Positions 19,752 through 30,658 of a stretch of DNA of 64,000 bases are shown here, one piece after another. Position 1 is the stretch's first letter; the number at the start of each line of letters is the position of its first letter. The stretch comes from an uncultured Bacteroidota bacterium (GTDB lineage: Bacteria; Bacteroidota; Bacteroidia; Bacteroidales; FEN-979), in contig CALMDO010000062.1 in NCBI GenBank assembly GCA_937862805.1, forward strand, positions 26,380 to 90,379, read 5' to 3'. The notes below the pieces were generated by a model. It saw only the letters and a program-made list of their open reading frames with translations, was not told the origin of the DNA and did not search any database. A program made the position numbers and the translations under genes.

Positions 19752-20894
19752 GTGAACCGATCTCGCCCTTTAAACCTGACCTTACTCACTGTTCTGCTGG
19801 TTGTTGCGGGTATGCTCACCACACTGCCCGTGTGGTCACAAGAGAATCCTCAGCAGAAAGTAAAAGCTGACAGTGCCACAACGGCCACCTCCTCCGGAAA
19901 GGAAGAAGGCTCCTTCAATGCCGGCCAAATGATCTTAGAGCATGTCGTTGATAATCACGAGTGGCACATTGCCGAAATAGGTCACCTGGAGTTGGTTGTT
20001 CCCCTGCCGGTGATCCTGCTGTACGACGGGCAGTTCTATTGTTTCTCCTCTTCCCGTTTTCACAACGAGAGCCATTCCTATCAAGGCTTTACCCTTGCAA
20101 CGGAGGGGCCTCACAAAGGAAAGATTGTCAGATCCGGGGAGAATAAAACCAACCCGGAGGCACCTGAAGTTTATGATTTTTCCATCACCAAAACGGTTCT
20201 TGCGATCATGATCAGCGCTTTTCTGCTAATTTTGATCTTTGTCTCCATGGCTCGTATGGCGGCCCGGTCGAAAGGGAAAGCCCCGACCGGAATGCAAAAC
20301 CTTCTTGAACCATTGGTTCTTTTTGTCCGTGATGATATTGCCAGGAGTTCTATTGGCGAAAAGCATTACGAAAAATTTCTACCCTATCTGCTGACGATTT
20401 TCTTTTTTATCCTGTTCAACAACCTCTTCGGGCTGATTCCCTTTTTCCCCGGCGGGGCGAATGTCACCGGCAACATCACCGTTACTTTGGTAATGGCGGT
20501 GTTTACCTTCATCCTGACCACCATCAATGGGAACAAGCATTATTGGATTGACATCATCAACACACCAGGCGTTCCCTGGTGGCTGAAGATACCCCTTCCG
20601 CTGATGCCCATTGTTGAGATCATCGGGATCATCACCAAACCTTTTGTGTTGATGGTCCGACTTTTTGCCAACATTACGGCGGGGCACATCATCGCACTGG
20701 GTTTTGTAAGCCTCATCTTTATTTTCGGGGCAATCAGTGCGGCTCTTGGGCTTGGCGTTTCAGTGGTCTCCGTGGCTTTCATGGTTTTCATGGACCTGCT
20801 GGAGCTGCTGGTTGCTTTTATCCAGGCTTATGTATTCACTTTGCTGTCGGCCCTCTATTTTGGTCTTGCAGTGACCGAACCCGAACATCATTAA
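19752..20894 (+). CDS. atpB: F0F1 ATP synthase subunit a
   Basis: C-terminal MVRLFANITAGH (essential Arg) motif. Long N-terminal extension. GTG start at 19752 is uncertain; there is an internal ATG 20 codons later. Confidence 0.9.
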   Translation: MNRSRPLNLTLLTVLLVVAGMLTTLPVWSQENPQQKVKADSATTATSSGKEEGSFNAGQMILEHVVDNHEWHIAEIGHLELVVPLPVILLYDGQFYCFSSSRFHNESHSYQGFTLATEGPHKGKIVRSGENKTNPEAPEVYDFSITKTVLAIMISAFLLILIFVSMARMAARSKGKAPTGMQNLLEPLVLFVRDDIARSSIGEKHYEKFLPYLLTIFFFILFNNLFGLIPFFPGGANVTGNITVTLVMAVFTFILTTINGNKHYWIDIINTPGVPWWLKIPLPLMPIVEIIGIITKPFVLMVRLFANITAGHIIALGFVSLIFIFGAISAALGLGVSVVSVAFMVFMDLLELLVAFIQAYVFTLLSALYFGLAVTEPEHH

Positions 20895-20928
20895 CAACTT
20901 TAAATTCTGTTTTAATTTTTAATCCTAA

Positions 20929-21201
<273 letters not shown>

Positions 21202-21284
21202 AAAGATGGTTCTTTATGGCTCCACGGTTGGTGGGGCCGTAAAGAACAAAATTATCACAGGGATTAACCTAAAAACAATCGATT

Positions 21285-21779
21285 ATGGAATTAATAACCC
21301 CCGGATTGGGCTTGCTTTTCTGGATGACCCTGGTCTTTCTTCTCCTGCTTTTCATCCTGGGGAAATTTGCCTGGAAGCCCATCCTTCAGATGCTCAAAGA
21401 GAGGGAAACGTCCATTCATGAAGCGCTCAATACAGCCAACAAGGCCAAGGAAGAGATGAAATCCCTCAAAGCAGGGAACGAAGAGTTGCTGCAACAAGCC
21501 AAAAATGAACGCGATGCCATCCTCAACGAGGCCCGGAAAATCAAAGATAAAATGATCGAAGAGGCACGCCAAAAAGCATCGGAGGAGGCTGCCCGTATTG
21601 TTGAAAGCGCCAAAGAGACCATCCTCAACGAAAAGATGGCCGCCATGACCGAATTGAAAAACCAGATCGCAGAAAACTCATTGACGCTTGCCAGGTTCAT
21701 CCTCAAGCGCGAACTGGCCGATCCGCATAAACAAGAAGAATACGCGAAAGAATTGATAAAAGAACTCAAATTCAACTAA
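21285..21779 (+). CDS. atpF: F0F1 ATP synthase subunit b
   Basis: Single N-terminal TM helix plus a long charged coiled coil. Position in the atp operon. Confidence 0.85.
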   Translation: MELITPGLGLLFWMTLVFLLLLFILGKFAWKPILQMLKERETSIHEALNTANKAKEEMKSLKAGNEELLQQAKNERDAILNEARKIKDKMIEEARQKASEEAARIVESAKETILNEKMAAMTELKNQIAENSLTLARFILKRELADPHKQEEYAKELIKELKFN

Positions 21780-21784
21780 GCGGG

Positions 21785-22345
21785 ATGAATATATCACTGG
21801 TGGCGGAACGTTATGCGGGAGCCCTGCTGGAACTTGCAATTGAAAAAAATGCGCTTGAGGAGGTTTATAACGACAACCTTCTGATCACCGGCACGTGTGA
21901 TGCCAGTAAAGAGCTTGTCCTGCTGCTTAACAGTCCTGTTATCAATACGGAAAAAAAAGAGATCATCCTCCGGAAAATTTTTGAGAGCCATGTAGGACGC
22001 CTGACCATGACCTACCTGCAGATCATGGTACGCAAAAAAAGAGAAGCCCTTATTCCCGCCATTGCTAAAAAACTGAAAGACCTTTACAACGAGTATAAAA
22101 ACATTCTTTCTGTCCAATTCAAAGCGCCCGTCCCGCCCGACGAAGAACTTAAAAAATCGGTTCTTGAACTGATGGCCCGGTACACCGGGAAAACCATTGA
22201 TCTTAACCCGGAAATCGATGAATCGCTGATCGGTGGCTTTGTGCTTTCCTGGGAAGATAAACAATATGATGCAAGCATCCGCCGTGAAATTGAGAACATG
22301 AAGAACACCATCGCGCGGATCAATCTGTACAAAAAACGAATCTGA
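21785..22345 (+). CDS. atpH: F0F1 ATP synthase subunit delta (OSCP)
   Basis: 186 aa. VAERYAGALLELA N-terminus is typical of delta/OSCP. Operon position. Confidence 0.85.
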   Translation: MNISLVAERYAGALLELAIEKNALEEVYNDNLLITGTCDASKELVLLLNSPVINTEKKEIILRKIFESHVGRLTMTYLQIMVRKKREALIPAIAKKLKDLYNEYKNILSVQFKAPVPPDEELKKSVLELMARYTGKTIDLNPEIDESLIGGFVLSWEDKQYDASIRREIENMKNTIARINLYKKRI

Positions 22346-22366
22346 AGAATCCAATAAAACTGAACT

Positions 22367-23956
22367 ATGGCCAACATTAAACCCGCGGAAGTGACCGCGA
22401 TCCTTCGTAAGGAACTGGCTGGTTATCAAAGTGAAAAAGAACTTGAAGAAGTGGGAACCGTCCTCACGGTCGGTGATGGAATCGCCCGTATTTACGGGTT
22501 GAACAATGCCGAATCGGGAGAGTTGATCGAATTTGAAAAGAACGGCCTGAAAGCCATTGTGCTCAACCTGGAAGCCGACAATGTAGGTGCTGTATTATTA
22601 GGCGAATCCTACGAGATCAAGGAGGGAGACACAGTGAGACGTACCCGGAGGATTGCCTCCATCGAAGTGGGAGAAGGGTTATTGGGGCGTGTGATCAACA
22701 CCCTGGGCGAACCCCTGGATGGAAAGGGAAAGATTGAAGGTGAAAGGTTTGAGATGCCCCTGGAACGCAAAGCGCCGGGTGTCATCTTCCGCCAACCCGT
22801 CAACCAGCCCCTGCAGACAGGTATCAAACCCATCGACGCGATGATTCCCATCGGACGCGGGCAACGCGAGTTGATCATCGGCGACCGCCAGACAGGAAAA
22901 ACGGCCATAGCCATCGATACCATCATCAATCAGAAAGAGTTCCATACAAGGGGGGAAACTGTATATTGTATTTATGTAGCTGTCGGACAAAAGGGATCAA
23001 CAGTAGCCAATATTGTCAAGACCCTGCAGGAAAAAGGAGCCATGGACTATACCGTCGTGGTTTCTGCGACTGCTTCCGATCCTGCAGCCATGCAATTTTA
23101 TGCCCCCTTTGCCGGCGCAGCCATCGGGGAGTTCTTCCGCGATACCGGACGCCCGGCCCTGATCATCTATGACGATCTTTCCAAACAGGCTGTCGCTTAC
23201 CGCGAAGTTTCCCTCCTGCTCCGCAGACCTCCCGGACGTGAAGCCTATCCCGGCGACGTGTTCTACCTTCATTCAAGATTGTTGGAAAGAGCCGCCCGGA
23301 TCATCTCCTCCGATGAAATCGCCAGACAGATGAACGATCTGCCCGAAACGATCAGCAGCATGGTTAAAGGAGGCGGCTCACTGACCGCACTGCCCATCAT
23401 CGAAACCCAGGCTGGTGACGTCTCAGCTTATATCCCAACCAACGTCATCTCCATTACCGACGGACAGATATTCCTTGAAACATCCCTCTTTAATGCCGGT
23501 ATCCGGCCTGCTATCAATGTGGGTATCTCCGTCTCCCGTGTGGGAGGAAATGCCCAGATCAAATCGATGAAAAAAGTGGCAGGAACCTTGAAACTCGACC
23601 AGGCAGAATTCCGTGAACTGGAGGCTTTCTCCAAATTTGGTTCTGACCTCGACGCCGCTACCAAAGCGGTTCTCGATAAAGGATCACGAAATGTCGAAAT
23701 CCTGAAACAACCCCAGTATTCCCCGATGCCGGTCGAAAAACAAATTGCCGTGATTTTCTGCGGAACAAGGGGACTGCTTCGGAACATCCCCGTCAGGAGC
23801 ATTCATAATTTTGAAGTGGAATACCTCTCTTTCCTGGAATCCAACCATCAAACACTGCTGAAAAACCTGAAGTCAGGACAGTTGCTCGATGAAGATGTGA
23901 AAACCATGGAAAGGGTATGTAAAGAGATCTCCCGAAAATACGAGGAAAAGAAATAG
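22367..23956 (+). CDS. atpA: F0F1 ATP synthase subunit alpha
   Basis: Walker A GDRQTGKT and full-length alpha-subunit similarity. Confidence 0.95.
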   Translation: MANIKPAEVTAILRKELAGYQSEKELEEVGTVLTVGDGIARIYGLNNAESGELIEFEKNGLKAIVLNLEADNVGAVLLGESYEIKEGDTVRRTRRIASIEVGEGLLGRVINTLGEPLDGKGKIEGERFEMPLERKAPGVIFRQPVNQPLQTGIKPIDAMIPIGRGQRELIIGDRQTGKTAIAIDTIINQKEFHTRGETVYCIYVAVGQKGSTVANIVKTLQEKGAMDYTVVVSATASDPAAMQFYAPFAGAAIGEFFRDTGRPALIIYDDLSKQAVAYREVSLLLRRPPGREAYPGDVFYLHSRLLERAARIISSDEIARQMNDLPETISSMVKGGGSLTALPIIETQAGDVSAYIPTNVISITDGQIFLETSLFNAGIRPAINVGISVSRVGGNAQIKSMKKVAGTLKLDQAEFRELEAFSKFGSDLDAATKAVLDKGSRNVEILKQPQYSPMPVEKQIAVIFCGTRGLLRNIPVRSIHNFEVEYLSFLESNHQTLLKNLKSGQLLDEDVKTMERVCKEISRKYEEKK

Positions 23957-23965
23957 TACAGGATT

Positions 23966-24850
23966 ATGCCCGGACTGAAAGAAGTACGCACCCGGATCGC
24001 TTCGGTCAAATCAACGCAGCAGATCACCAATGCTATGAAAATGGTGGCTGCCTCCAAATTCAGGAAAGCCCAGACCGCCATTATCAAACTGCGCCCGTAC
24101 GCAACCAAGCTCCGGGAAATACTGCAAAACCTCAGCACTTCCATTGAAAACTCAGAGGAGAACATCTTCGCGCAGCAACGGAAACCTGAAAAGGTACTGC
24201 TGGTGGTGATCACCTCCAACCGGGGATTGTGCGGTGCGTTCAACACCAACATCATCAAGACAACGGTCGGATTGCTGCAACAGGATTATGCCGACCAATT
24301 TAACAATGGGAATCTTCGACTACTTACCATCGGTTCTCGTGCTACCGAATTTTTCCGCAAACGAAAGTATCCGGTTTTAGAATCGTATGACAGCCTTCTT
24401 GACCACCTGAAATTTGATGCCGTAGCACCTTTGGCCGAAAAACTGATGAAATCCTTTGCTTCCAAAGAGTTCGACAGAATCGCGCTGGTTTACAATCAGT
24501 TCAAGAATGCTGCCGTTCAACGGCTCGTTGTGGAACAGTACCTCCCGGTAGCCCTTCCCACGGCCTCTGTCACCGCTGCAGTGAAGACGGGAACTGACTA
24601 TATTTTTGAACCCGGAAAAGAGACCATTGTCCGGGAATTGATCCCAAAAACCCTGCGGATCCAGCTTTTTAAAGCTTTACTGGATTCCTTCGCTTCCGAA
24701 CAGGGAGCCCGGATGACGGCCATGCAAAAAGCTACCGATAATGCTCAGGACCTTCTCCGTGAACTCAACATCACTTACAACAAAGCCCGCCAAAACTCAA
24801 TTACCAATGCGCTCATCGAGATTGTTTCAGGGGCTGAAGCGCTGAAATAA
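23966..24850 (+). CDS. atpG: F0F1 ATP synthase subunit gamma
   Basis: LKEVRTRIASVKSTQQITNAMKMVAASK N-terminus and ITNALIEIVSGAEAL C-terminus. Confidence 0.9.
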   Translation: MPGLKEVRTRIASVKSTQQITNAMKMVAASKFRKAQTAIIKLRPYATKLREILQNLSTSIENSEENIFAQQRKPEKVLLVVITSNRGLCGAFNTNIIKTTVGLLQQDYADQFNNGNLRLLTIGSRATEFFRKRKYPVLESYDSLLDHLKFDAVAPLAEKLMKSFASKEFDRIALVYNQFKNAAVQRLVVEQYLPVALPTASVTAAVKTGTDYIFEPGKETIVRELIPKTLRIQLFKALLDSFASEQGARMTAMQKATDNAQDLLRELNITYNKARQNSITNALIEIVSGAEALK

Positions 24851-24877
24851 CACAAGTGTTAATTAAAACGACCAACC

Positions 24878-25417
24878 ATGATAACCAAGAATGTTGAAAA
24901 AGCAATCAATGAACAGATTCAACGTGAAGAGCACTCTTCGCGGATTTATCTGTCGATGGCCTCATGGGCCGAACGCAACGGATTCCCGGGTGCTGCCAAT
25001 TGGCTGTACGTCCAAACCGAGGAAGAACGGATCCACATGCTCAAGCTGGTCCATTATCTCAATGATCGTGGCGGATCAGCCGTGATCCCTGCATTGGAAG
25101 CTCCCGTTGCAAAGTTCAAATCACTCTCTGATGTATTTGAACAGGTTCTCAGGCACGAAGAGTACATATCGGCCTCCATCAATGAATTGTATGCCGTTTG
25201 TGTCAAGGAAAAGGATTATACCTCAGCCAACTACCTGCAATGGTACATCACCGAGCAGATCGAAGAGGAAAGCACTGTCAGGAATATTCTTGACCAGATC
25301 AAGCTCGCCGGTGCAGAAAAGAGCGGCTCTTTTTTGATGGATAAGGAGTTTGTCGCAATGGCTGTTGCAAAGAGGGCTTCTCTGGCACAGAGCGGCGGCG
25401 CTAACGCGGTCACATAA
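24878..25417 (+). CDS. ftnA: Non-heme ferritin
   Basis: Four-helix ferroxidase ligands visible (EEHSSRIY, EEERIHM, EQIEEE). Confidence 0.85.
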   Translation: MITKNVEKAINEQIQREEHSSRIYLSMASWAERNGFPGAANWLYVQTEEERIHMLKLVHYLNDRGGSAVIPALEAPVAKFKSLSDVFEQVLRHEEYISASINELYAVCVKEKDYTSANYLQWYITEQIEEESTVRNILDQIKLAGAEKSGSFLMDKEFVAMAVAKRASLAQSGGANAVT

Positions 25418-25438
25418 CCGTCTTGCCGTACCTTCTTT

Positions 25439-25993
25439 TCACCGGATTAGTTTTAACAACCGGTTGTACCAGCTCCGTCCGTATTTTCGGATGAGCGCCT
25501 CTTCCAGGAACAGGTATAAAGGGGTCTTCTCCAGGTAGCCCTTTTCCAGGGCTTTCCGGCAAATGGGCCATTTGTGGTAATTGAGCAGCTCGTTGAGCGA
25601 AGTCCGCTTTATCCTGATCGGGTAGAGATGACAGGAAAGGGGCTTTTGAAACGGAACTTTCTTTTCGAGGAATGCTTTTTCGATGGCACAAAAAGAAATT
25701 CCATTTTCTGTGTAAGCAAACACGCAGGCTTTACCGTCGGCCAGGGGGGTGACAAAATTCCCCTCCGCGTCGTAGTCGAAAACTCCGGCATTTTCAACCT
25801 CACGGATCCCTTCTGACTCCATAAAAGGTTTGATTTCATCAATGGCATCTTCAAGCAGGGAGATTTCTTCCTCCTCCAAAGGTGCGCCGGCATCCCCTTC
25901 CACACAGCAGGCTCCTTTGCACTGTTGAAGATCGCAGGAAAAGAAAGTGGTCCGAATCTCTTCCGAAATCAGCGTGTCATCTAACGCGATCAT
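25439..25993 (-). CDS. DUF3109 family Cys-rich protein
   Basis: [24 protein letters not shown]-terminal Cys cluster is typical of DUF3109. Overlaps the upstream EF-G stop by 17 nt. Confidence 0.6.
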   Translation of the reverse strand: MIALDDTLISEEIRTTFFSCDLQQCKGACCVEGDAGAPLEEEEISLLEDAIDEIKPFMESEGIREVENAGVFDYDAEGNFVTPLADGKACVFAYTENGISFCAIEKAFLEKKVPFQKPLSCHLYPIRIKRTSLNELLNYHKWPICRKALEKGYLEKTPLYLFLEEALIRKYGRSWYNRLLKLIR

Positions 25994-28058
25994 GATTCTG
26001 TAAGGACATGATTTTTTTAATCACCTCTTCCTGGATCAACTTAGGCAGAGGTGTATATTGATGAAATTCCATGGAATAATTGGCACGCCCGCTGGAAATA
26101 TTCCGCAATTGGGTAGCATAACCGAACATCTCCATCAGGGGGACCAGGGCATTCACTTTCTGTGCTCCTTTGCGGTAACGCCGCATGGATTCTATCTTAC
26201 CCCGGCGCCGGTTCAGGTTCCCCACTACATCTCCGATGTATTCGTCGGGTGTATTGACCTCTACTTTCATCATGGGTTCAAGCAGGATGGGTTCCGCCTT
26301 GTTGAAACCCTGTCGGAAACAAATAGAAGCGCAGGTCTGAAAAGCCATATCAGAACTGTCGACCGGGTGGAAACTTCCGTCTAACAAGACGACCTTTACG
26401 TCCACCACGGGGAATCCCGCCAGAATGCCCCGTTCAAGGGTTTTCAGGATGCCTTTGTTGACTGAAGGAATGAATTCAGCAGGAATGTTCCCACCTTTGA
26501 TTTTTTCGACGAATTCATATCCTTTTCCTTCATTCGGTTCAAGCCGTATCAGGGTCTGGGCAAATTGTCCTTTACCACCCGTCTGTTTGGAATGGCGGTA
26601 AAGCGATTCCACTTCAGTGGTGATGGTTTCCCGGAAGGCGACGGAGGGTTCTCCAACCTCGGCATCCACCTTGAACTCGTGTTTCAGGCGGTCAATCATG
26701 ATCTCCAGGTGAAGTTCACCCATTCCGGCGATTACTGTCTCTTCCGTTTCGTCATCGTACCTGACATTAAAAGAGGGGTCTTCCATGGCCAGTTTATGGA
26801 GGGCGTCCCCGAGTTTTGACTGATCAGCACGTTTCAATGGGCTGATTTTCAATTCTATAACACTAGGCGGGATGTGAATGTTTTCCAGTACCAGGCGGTG
26901 ATTATCGTCGCATAAGGTATCTCCTGTCTTGGTGATTTTCATCCCGATGAGAGCCACGATATCCCCGGGTCCGGCTTCGGTGATCTCTTCCCTGTCTTTG
27001 GCATGAATTCTGAAAAGCCGGCCGATCCTTTCGTGCTTCCCTTTGGTAGAGTTATAAACCTGCATCCCGCTTTTCAGGGTACCTGAAAAGATCCGGGTAA
27101 AGGTTTGCTGTCCGACAAAAGGATCATGGATCAGTTTGAAAGCCAGCGCCGAGAAGGGTTCTTTGGGTGAAGGATGAATGGTATGTAGTTTTTCCGGATC
27201 GTTGGTATCAGTACCGGTCACCACTCCCACGTCGAGTGGAGAAGGAAGGTAATCCACGATGGCATCTAAAAGCATTTGGATCCCTTTGTTTTTGTATGCC
27301 GCCCCGCAAAAAACAGGGGTGATCAGCAATTTGAGCGTGGCTTCGCGGAGTGCTTTTTTCATCAGTTCAGCCGGAACTTCTCGGTCTTCCATGAAAAGTT
27401 CCATGATCTCATCGCTGAATTCTGCCAGTTTCTCGGCGGCCCAAGCCCGTGTCTCTTCAGTTTTTTGAAGGTAAGCGGACGGTATGTCCGTCTCGATCTG
27501 CTCCATGTCCCTGAAAATATAGGCTTTCCGTTCAATAATGTCGATGATTCCTTCGAAGTTTTCTTCTGCTCCGATCGGGAGTTGGAATGGAACAGCGTTG
27601 GCATCAAGGTATTTGTTCATTTGGGCAATGACTGCCTGAAAATCAGCGCCGGTACGGTCCATTTTATTGATAAACGCGAAGCGGGGCACCCGGTACCGGT
27701 CGGCCTGGTTCCAAACTGTCTCGCTCTGGGGTTCTACCCCTCCAACGGCGCAGAATACAGCTACCATACCGTCAATAACCCGCAGTGATCGTTCTACTTC
27801 TACCGTGAAATCAACGTGGCCGGGCGTATCGATCAGGTTGATCTGGTGGTTTTTCCATGCACAGGTGATGGCGGCAGAAGCAATGGTGATCCCCCGTTCC
27901 TGCTCCTGTTTCATGAAATCCATGGTGGCTTGTCCATCGTGTACCTCTCCCATTTTGCGGTTGGTACCTGTAAAAAAGAGGATTCGTTCGGTAACGGTTG
28001 TTTTTCCTGCATCAATATGTGCCGCGATCCCGATATTTCTGAGCTTGTTTAATGACAT
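25977..28058 (-). CDS. Elongation factor G paralog with canonical GTPase motifs
   Basis: 693 aa. AHIDAGKTT (G1), RGITI (G2), DTPGHVDF (G3), NKMD (G4), then domains II-V. Not flanked by rpsL/rpsG/tuf. Confidence 0.9.
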   Translation of the reverse strand: MSLNKLRNIGIAAHIDAGKTTVTERILFFTGTNRKMGEVHDGQATMDFMKQEQERGITIASAAITCAWKNHQINLIDTPGHVDFTVEVERSLRVIDGMVAVFCAVGGVEPQSETVWNQADRYRVPRFAFINKMDRTGADFQAVIAQMNKYLDANAVPFQLPIGAEENFEGIIDIIERKAYIFRDMEQIETDIPSAYLQKTEETRAWAAEKLAEFSDEIMELFMEDREVPAELMKKALREATLKLLITPVFCGAAYKNKGIQMLLDAIVDYLPSPLDVGVVTGTDTNDPEKLHTIHPSPKEPFSALAFKLIHDPFVGQQTFTRIFSGTLKSGMQVYNSTKGKHERIGRLFRIHAKDREEITEAGPGDIVALIGMKITKTGDTLCDDNHRLVLENIHIPPSVIELKISPLKRADQSKLGDALHKLAMEDPSFNVRYDDETEETVIAGMGELHLEIMIDRLKHEFKVDAEVGEPSVAFRETITTEVESLYRHSKQTGGKGQFAQTLIRLEPNEGKGYEFVEKIKGGNIPAEFIPSVNKGILKTLERGILAGFPVVDVKVVLLDGSFHPVDSSDMAFQTCASICFRQGFNKAEPILLEPMMKVEVNTPDEYIGDVVGNLNRRRGKIESMRRYRKGAQKVNALVPLMEMFGYATQLRNISSGRANYSMEFHQYTPLPKLIQEEVIKKIMSLQNHDRVR

Positions 28059-28096
28059 AAGCAGTACCTGTATTTTGGGTCCCTTTTTTGGGCGCG

Positions 28097-28104
28097 CAAA
28101 GGTA
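28097..28104 (-). promoter_or_regulatory. Candidate -7 promoter box (TACCTTTG) for the EF-G paralog
   Basis: Reverse complement of caaaggta, 38 nt upstream of the ATG at 28058. Confidence 0.4.
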
Positions 28105-28187
28105 CAACAAATTCATGAAAATTGTTCATCCTTACGGAGAAGCGCTTTTCCGGGCAATGAAGGGAGGAATGGAGCGGAACGGAGGGA

Positions 28188-28823
28188 CTAAAATCTTTTA
28201 ACGTACCCGTGACAATAAGGGGTGGAGCCTTTATGGTAATAGTAATCCTGGTGGTAGTTTTCGGCTTTCCAGAATTTGGTGGCCGGTTTGACTTCTGTTA
28301 CAACAGGATATCCCTTCTTTTTCAATTCGGCAATGAGTTGCAGGGTAATCTCTTTTTGTGTTTCATCAAGGTAAAAAACGGCCGATCGGTATTGTTCTCC
28401 GACGTCGGGACCCTGGCGGTTCCATTGTGTCGGATCGTGGATCTCAAAAAACAAGCGCGCTACCTCCTCATAACTGGTCCGCGCAGGATCGAAAATCACC
28501 TCTATGGCCTCATAATGACCGGTGGTACCCGAACAAACCTCTTCATAGGTAGGATTTTCGGTGGTTCCTCCGGTATATCCAACCGTGGTAGAGATCACCC
28601 CATTAATCCGTTTCATGTAGTACTCCACTCCCCAGAAACATCCTCCTGCAAACAGAGCAGTAGAATATTTACCGTCGGTATTCTCTTTTTGTTCTTCTGA
28701 TTTAAGTTTGTCTGATTTCATGGTCTCACTTTTTTTACCGGTCATGGTTTCATTCCCCTGTCCGCAACCGGTCATTGATAGAAGCAATGAAACGATGAGC
28801 ATTGGAACAATTGGTTTGATCAT
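28188..28823 (-). CDS. msrA: Peptide-methionine (S)-S-oxide reductase MsrA, lipoprotein form
   Basis: Leader ...LLLSMTGC, then the catalytic GGCFWG motif. Confidence 0.9.
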   Translation of the reverse strand: MIKPIVPMLIVSLLLSMTGCGQGNETMTGKKSETMKSDKLKSEEQKENTDGKYSTALFAGGCFWGVEYYMKRINGVISTTVGYTGGTTENPTYEEVCSGTTGHYEAIEVIFDPARTSYEEVARLFFEIHDPTQWNRQGPDVGEQYRSAVFYLDETQKEITLQLIAELKKKGYPVVTEVKPATKFWKAENYHQDYYYHKGSTPYCHGYVKRF

Positions 28824-28853
28824 GAGAAACGGCCTTGTTTTTTGGCATTGTGA

Positions 28854-29348
28854 TCAAAGAACAAAGATTTTTTCAACTTTGGTGATGACGCCCGAGGTAA
28901 GCCTGATATAGGCATCCCCTCTTTTTACCTGGCCGTTGATATCGAAGGTGCTTTCTTTTAATCCTTCTCCATAAACCACCTGGTTCATCAGGGTTTTGAT
29001 CAGTGTTCCGTCGCAGGCGAGCAGCTCGATCTTGACCTTTTGCCCGTTCTCTGAATCATAAATTACGTTAATGTAGCTGTTCACCGGGTTTGGCATGATC
29101 CTGACCTTGAAATTCTGCCTTTGACGGAATTTCCCTTTACACAGGATTTCTTCGGGAATGGGATATTCCTTGAACGGCTCGTACCTTCTCCGGATGACTG
29201 TTTTTTTTACCTCCGTTACCTTTTTGGTGACGACTGGTTTTTCAATGATACGCGGGCGGCGGCAGGGACAATCGTCGGCTACGGTCTGGGCCGGGCTTTC
29301 CGAAACAAGGAAAAAAACGATCAGGGTGCAAAAAAAGGAAGTTTTCAT
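28854..29348 (-). CDS. Small secreted protein with T9SS C-terminal sorting domain
   Basis: Signal peptide, about 65-aa basic Cys-containing segment, then a CTD starting IMPNPVNSYINVIY and ending KVEKIFVL. Confidence 0.6.
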   Translation of the reverse strand: MKTSFFCTLIVFFLVSESPAQTVADDCPCRRPRIIEKPVVTKKVTEVKKTVIRRRYEPFKEYPIPEEILCKGKFRQRQNFKVRIMPNPVNSYINVIYDSENGQKVKIELLACDGTLIKTLMNQVVYGEGLKESTFDINGQVKRGDAYIRLTSGVITKVEKIFVL

Positions 29349-29491
29349 TGGATCACTGTTGCTTTTTTGTTCTTATACGGGACTGTGAGCAGAGGGTTAC
29401 ATTTTTTTGCCGGAAATAAGTAAATGCGACTTTCTCGGAAGTCTTTGTGGGTGCGCCGGGGACAACTGTCGTTTTCCGGCGGGATAATTGC

Positions 29492-29499
29492 TACCTTTG
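29492..29499 (+). promoter_or_regulatory. Candidate -7 promoter box (TACCTTTG)
   Basis: Matches TAnnTTTG, 21 nt upstream of the ATG at 29521. Confidence 0.4.
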
Positions 29500-29520
29500 C
29501 CTCGCTTAAAACAAAACAAG

Positions 29521-30513
29521 ATGAAGAAGATACTTGGGATGGGCAATGCCTTGGTAGATATCATGATAACGCTGGAAAGCGATACCATTCTGCAGATGCT
29601 GGATCTGCCCAAGGGGAGCATGCAACTGGTCGATGAAGTACGCAGCAATGCGGTGCTTGAGGCTTTAAAAAGTTATGATAAACGGCAGTCAGCCGGTGGA
29701 TCGGCGGCCAACACCCTTCACGGACTGGCGATGTTGGGGATGCCCAGCGGGTATATCGGCGTGGTCGGGGAGGACGCTTTAGGAGGCGTTTTTGTAAGGG
29801 ACATGATCAGGGCCGGGGTGGAACCCCATCTGGTACACAGCACCACTGAAACAGGCCGGGCCATTGCATTGGTGACGCCTGATTCCGAACGGACTTTCGC
29901 AACCTTTTTAGGGGCTGCCATTGAACTTACGGCAGCCCATCTGGAACCCGGTGTCCTGCGGTCCGGTGATTCCGTTTTTGACGGTTATTCCTTGTTCCAT
30001 GTGGAAGGCTATCTTGTCCAGAACCATGAACTGATCCGCAAGGCGGTTGAGATGGCTAAATTCCATGGTTTGAAGGTCTCCCTCGACCTGGCCAGTTATA
30101 ACGTGGTGGAGGATAACCGCGAATTTCTTCAGGAAATCATTACCCGGTATGTCGATATTTTATTTGCCAACGAAGAAGAGGCCAGGGCGATGACCGGGAT
30201 GGGGCCTGCCGATGCAACCCGTGAGTTAGGCAAATTTACCGAGATCGCTGTAGTCAAGACCGGCAGTAACGGCTCATTGGTGAGGACTGTTACGGAATGC
30301 TGCGAAATAGGCATCATCCCTGTCAAACCGGTTGATACAACCGGCGCCGGGGATCTTTATGCTGCCGGATTCCTTTTCGGCCATTCCATGGGATTGCCGA
30401 TGCAACGCTGCGGTGAATTGGGGGCTCTGTTAGCCGGAAACGTCATTGAATTCATTGGTTCCAAGATGAGCAATGATCGCTGGCAACAGATTAAAAATCA
30501 AATAGAAAGATAA
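29521..30513 (+). CDS. PfkB-family carbohydrate/adenosine kinase
   Basis: MKKILGMGNALVDIM..., GGSAANT, C-terminal DTTGAGDLYAAGF anion-hole motif. Start trimmed to the ATG at 29521. Confidence 0.8.
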   Translation: MKKILGMGNALVDIMITLESDTILQMLDLPKGSMQLVDEVRSNAVLEALKSYDKRQSAGGSAANTLHGLAMLGMPSGYIGVVGEDALGGVFVRDMIRAGVEPHLVHSTTETGRAIALVTPDSERTFATFLGAAIELTAAHLEPGVLRSGDSVFDGYSLFHVEGYLVQNHELIRKAVEMAKFHGLKVSLDLASYNVVEDNREFLQEIITRYVDILFANEEEARAMTGMGPADATRELGKFTEIAVVKTGSNGSLVRTVTECCEIGIIPVKPVDTTGAGDLYAAGFLFGHSMGLPMQRCGELGALLAGNVIEFIGSKMSNDRWQQIKNQIER

Positions 30514-30594
30514 CTTTTCCGGGAACATTACTCTTTCCCGGGTCGGCCCGAAAAATCGTAACCACTTGTTGTTGGTTATATTCAGGGCTTTTTG

Positions 30595-30602
30595 TAATTT
30601 TG
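30595..30602 (+). promoter_or_regulatory. Candidate -7 promoter box (TAATTTTG)
   Basis: Matches TAnnTTTG, 56 nt upstream of the ATG at 30659. Confidence 0.4.
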
Positions 30603-30658
30603 CAACCTTTTCACGAATTATATCCTTTTCAAGTACTTACATTAATTTCCAAGTTGTC

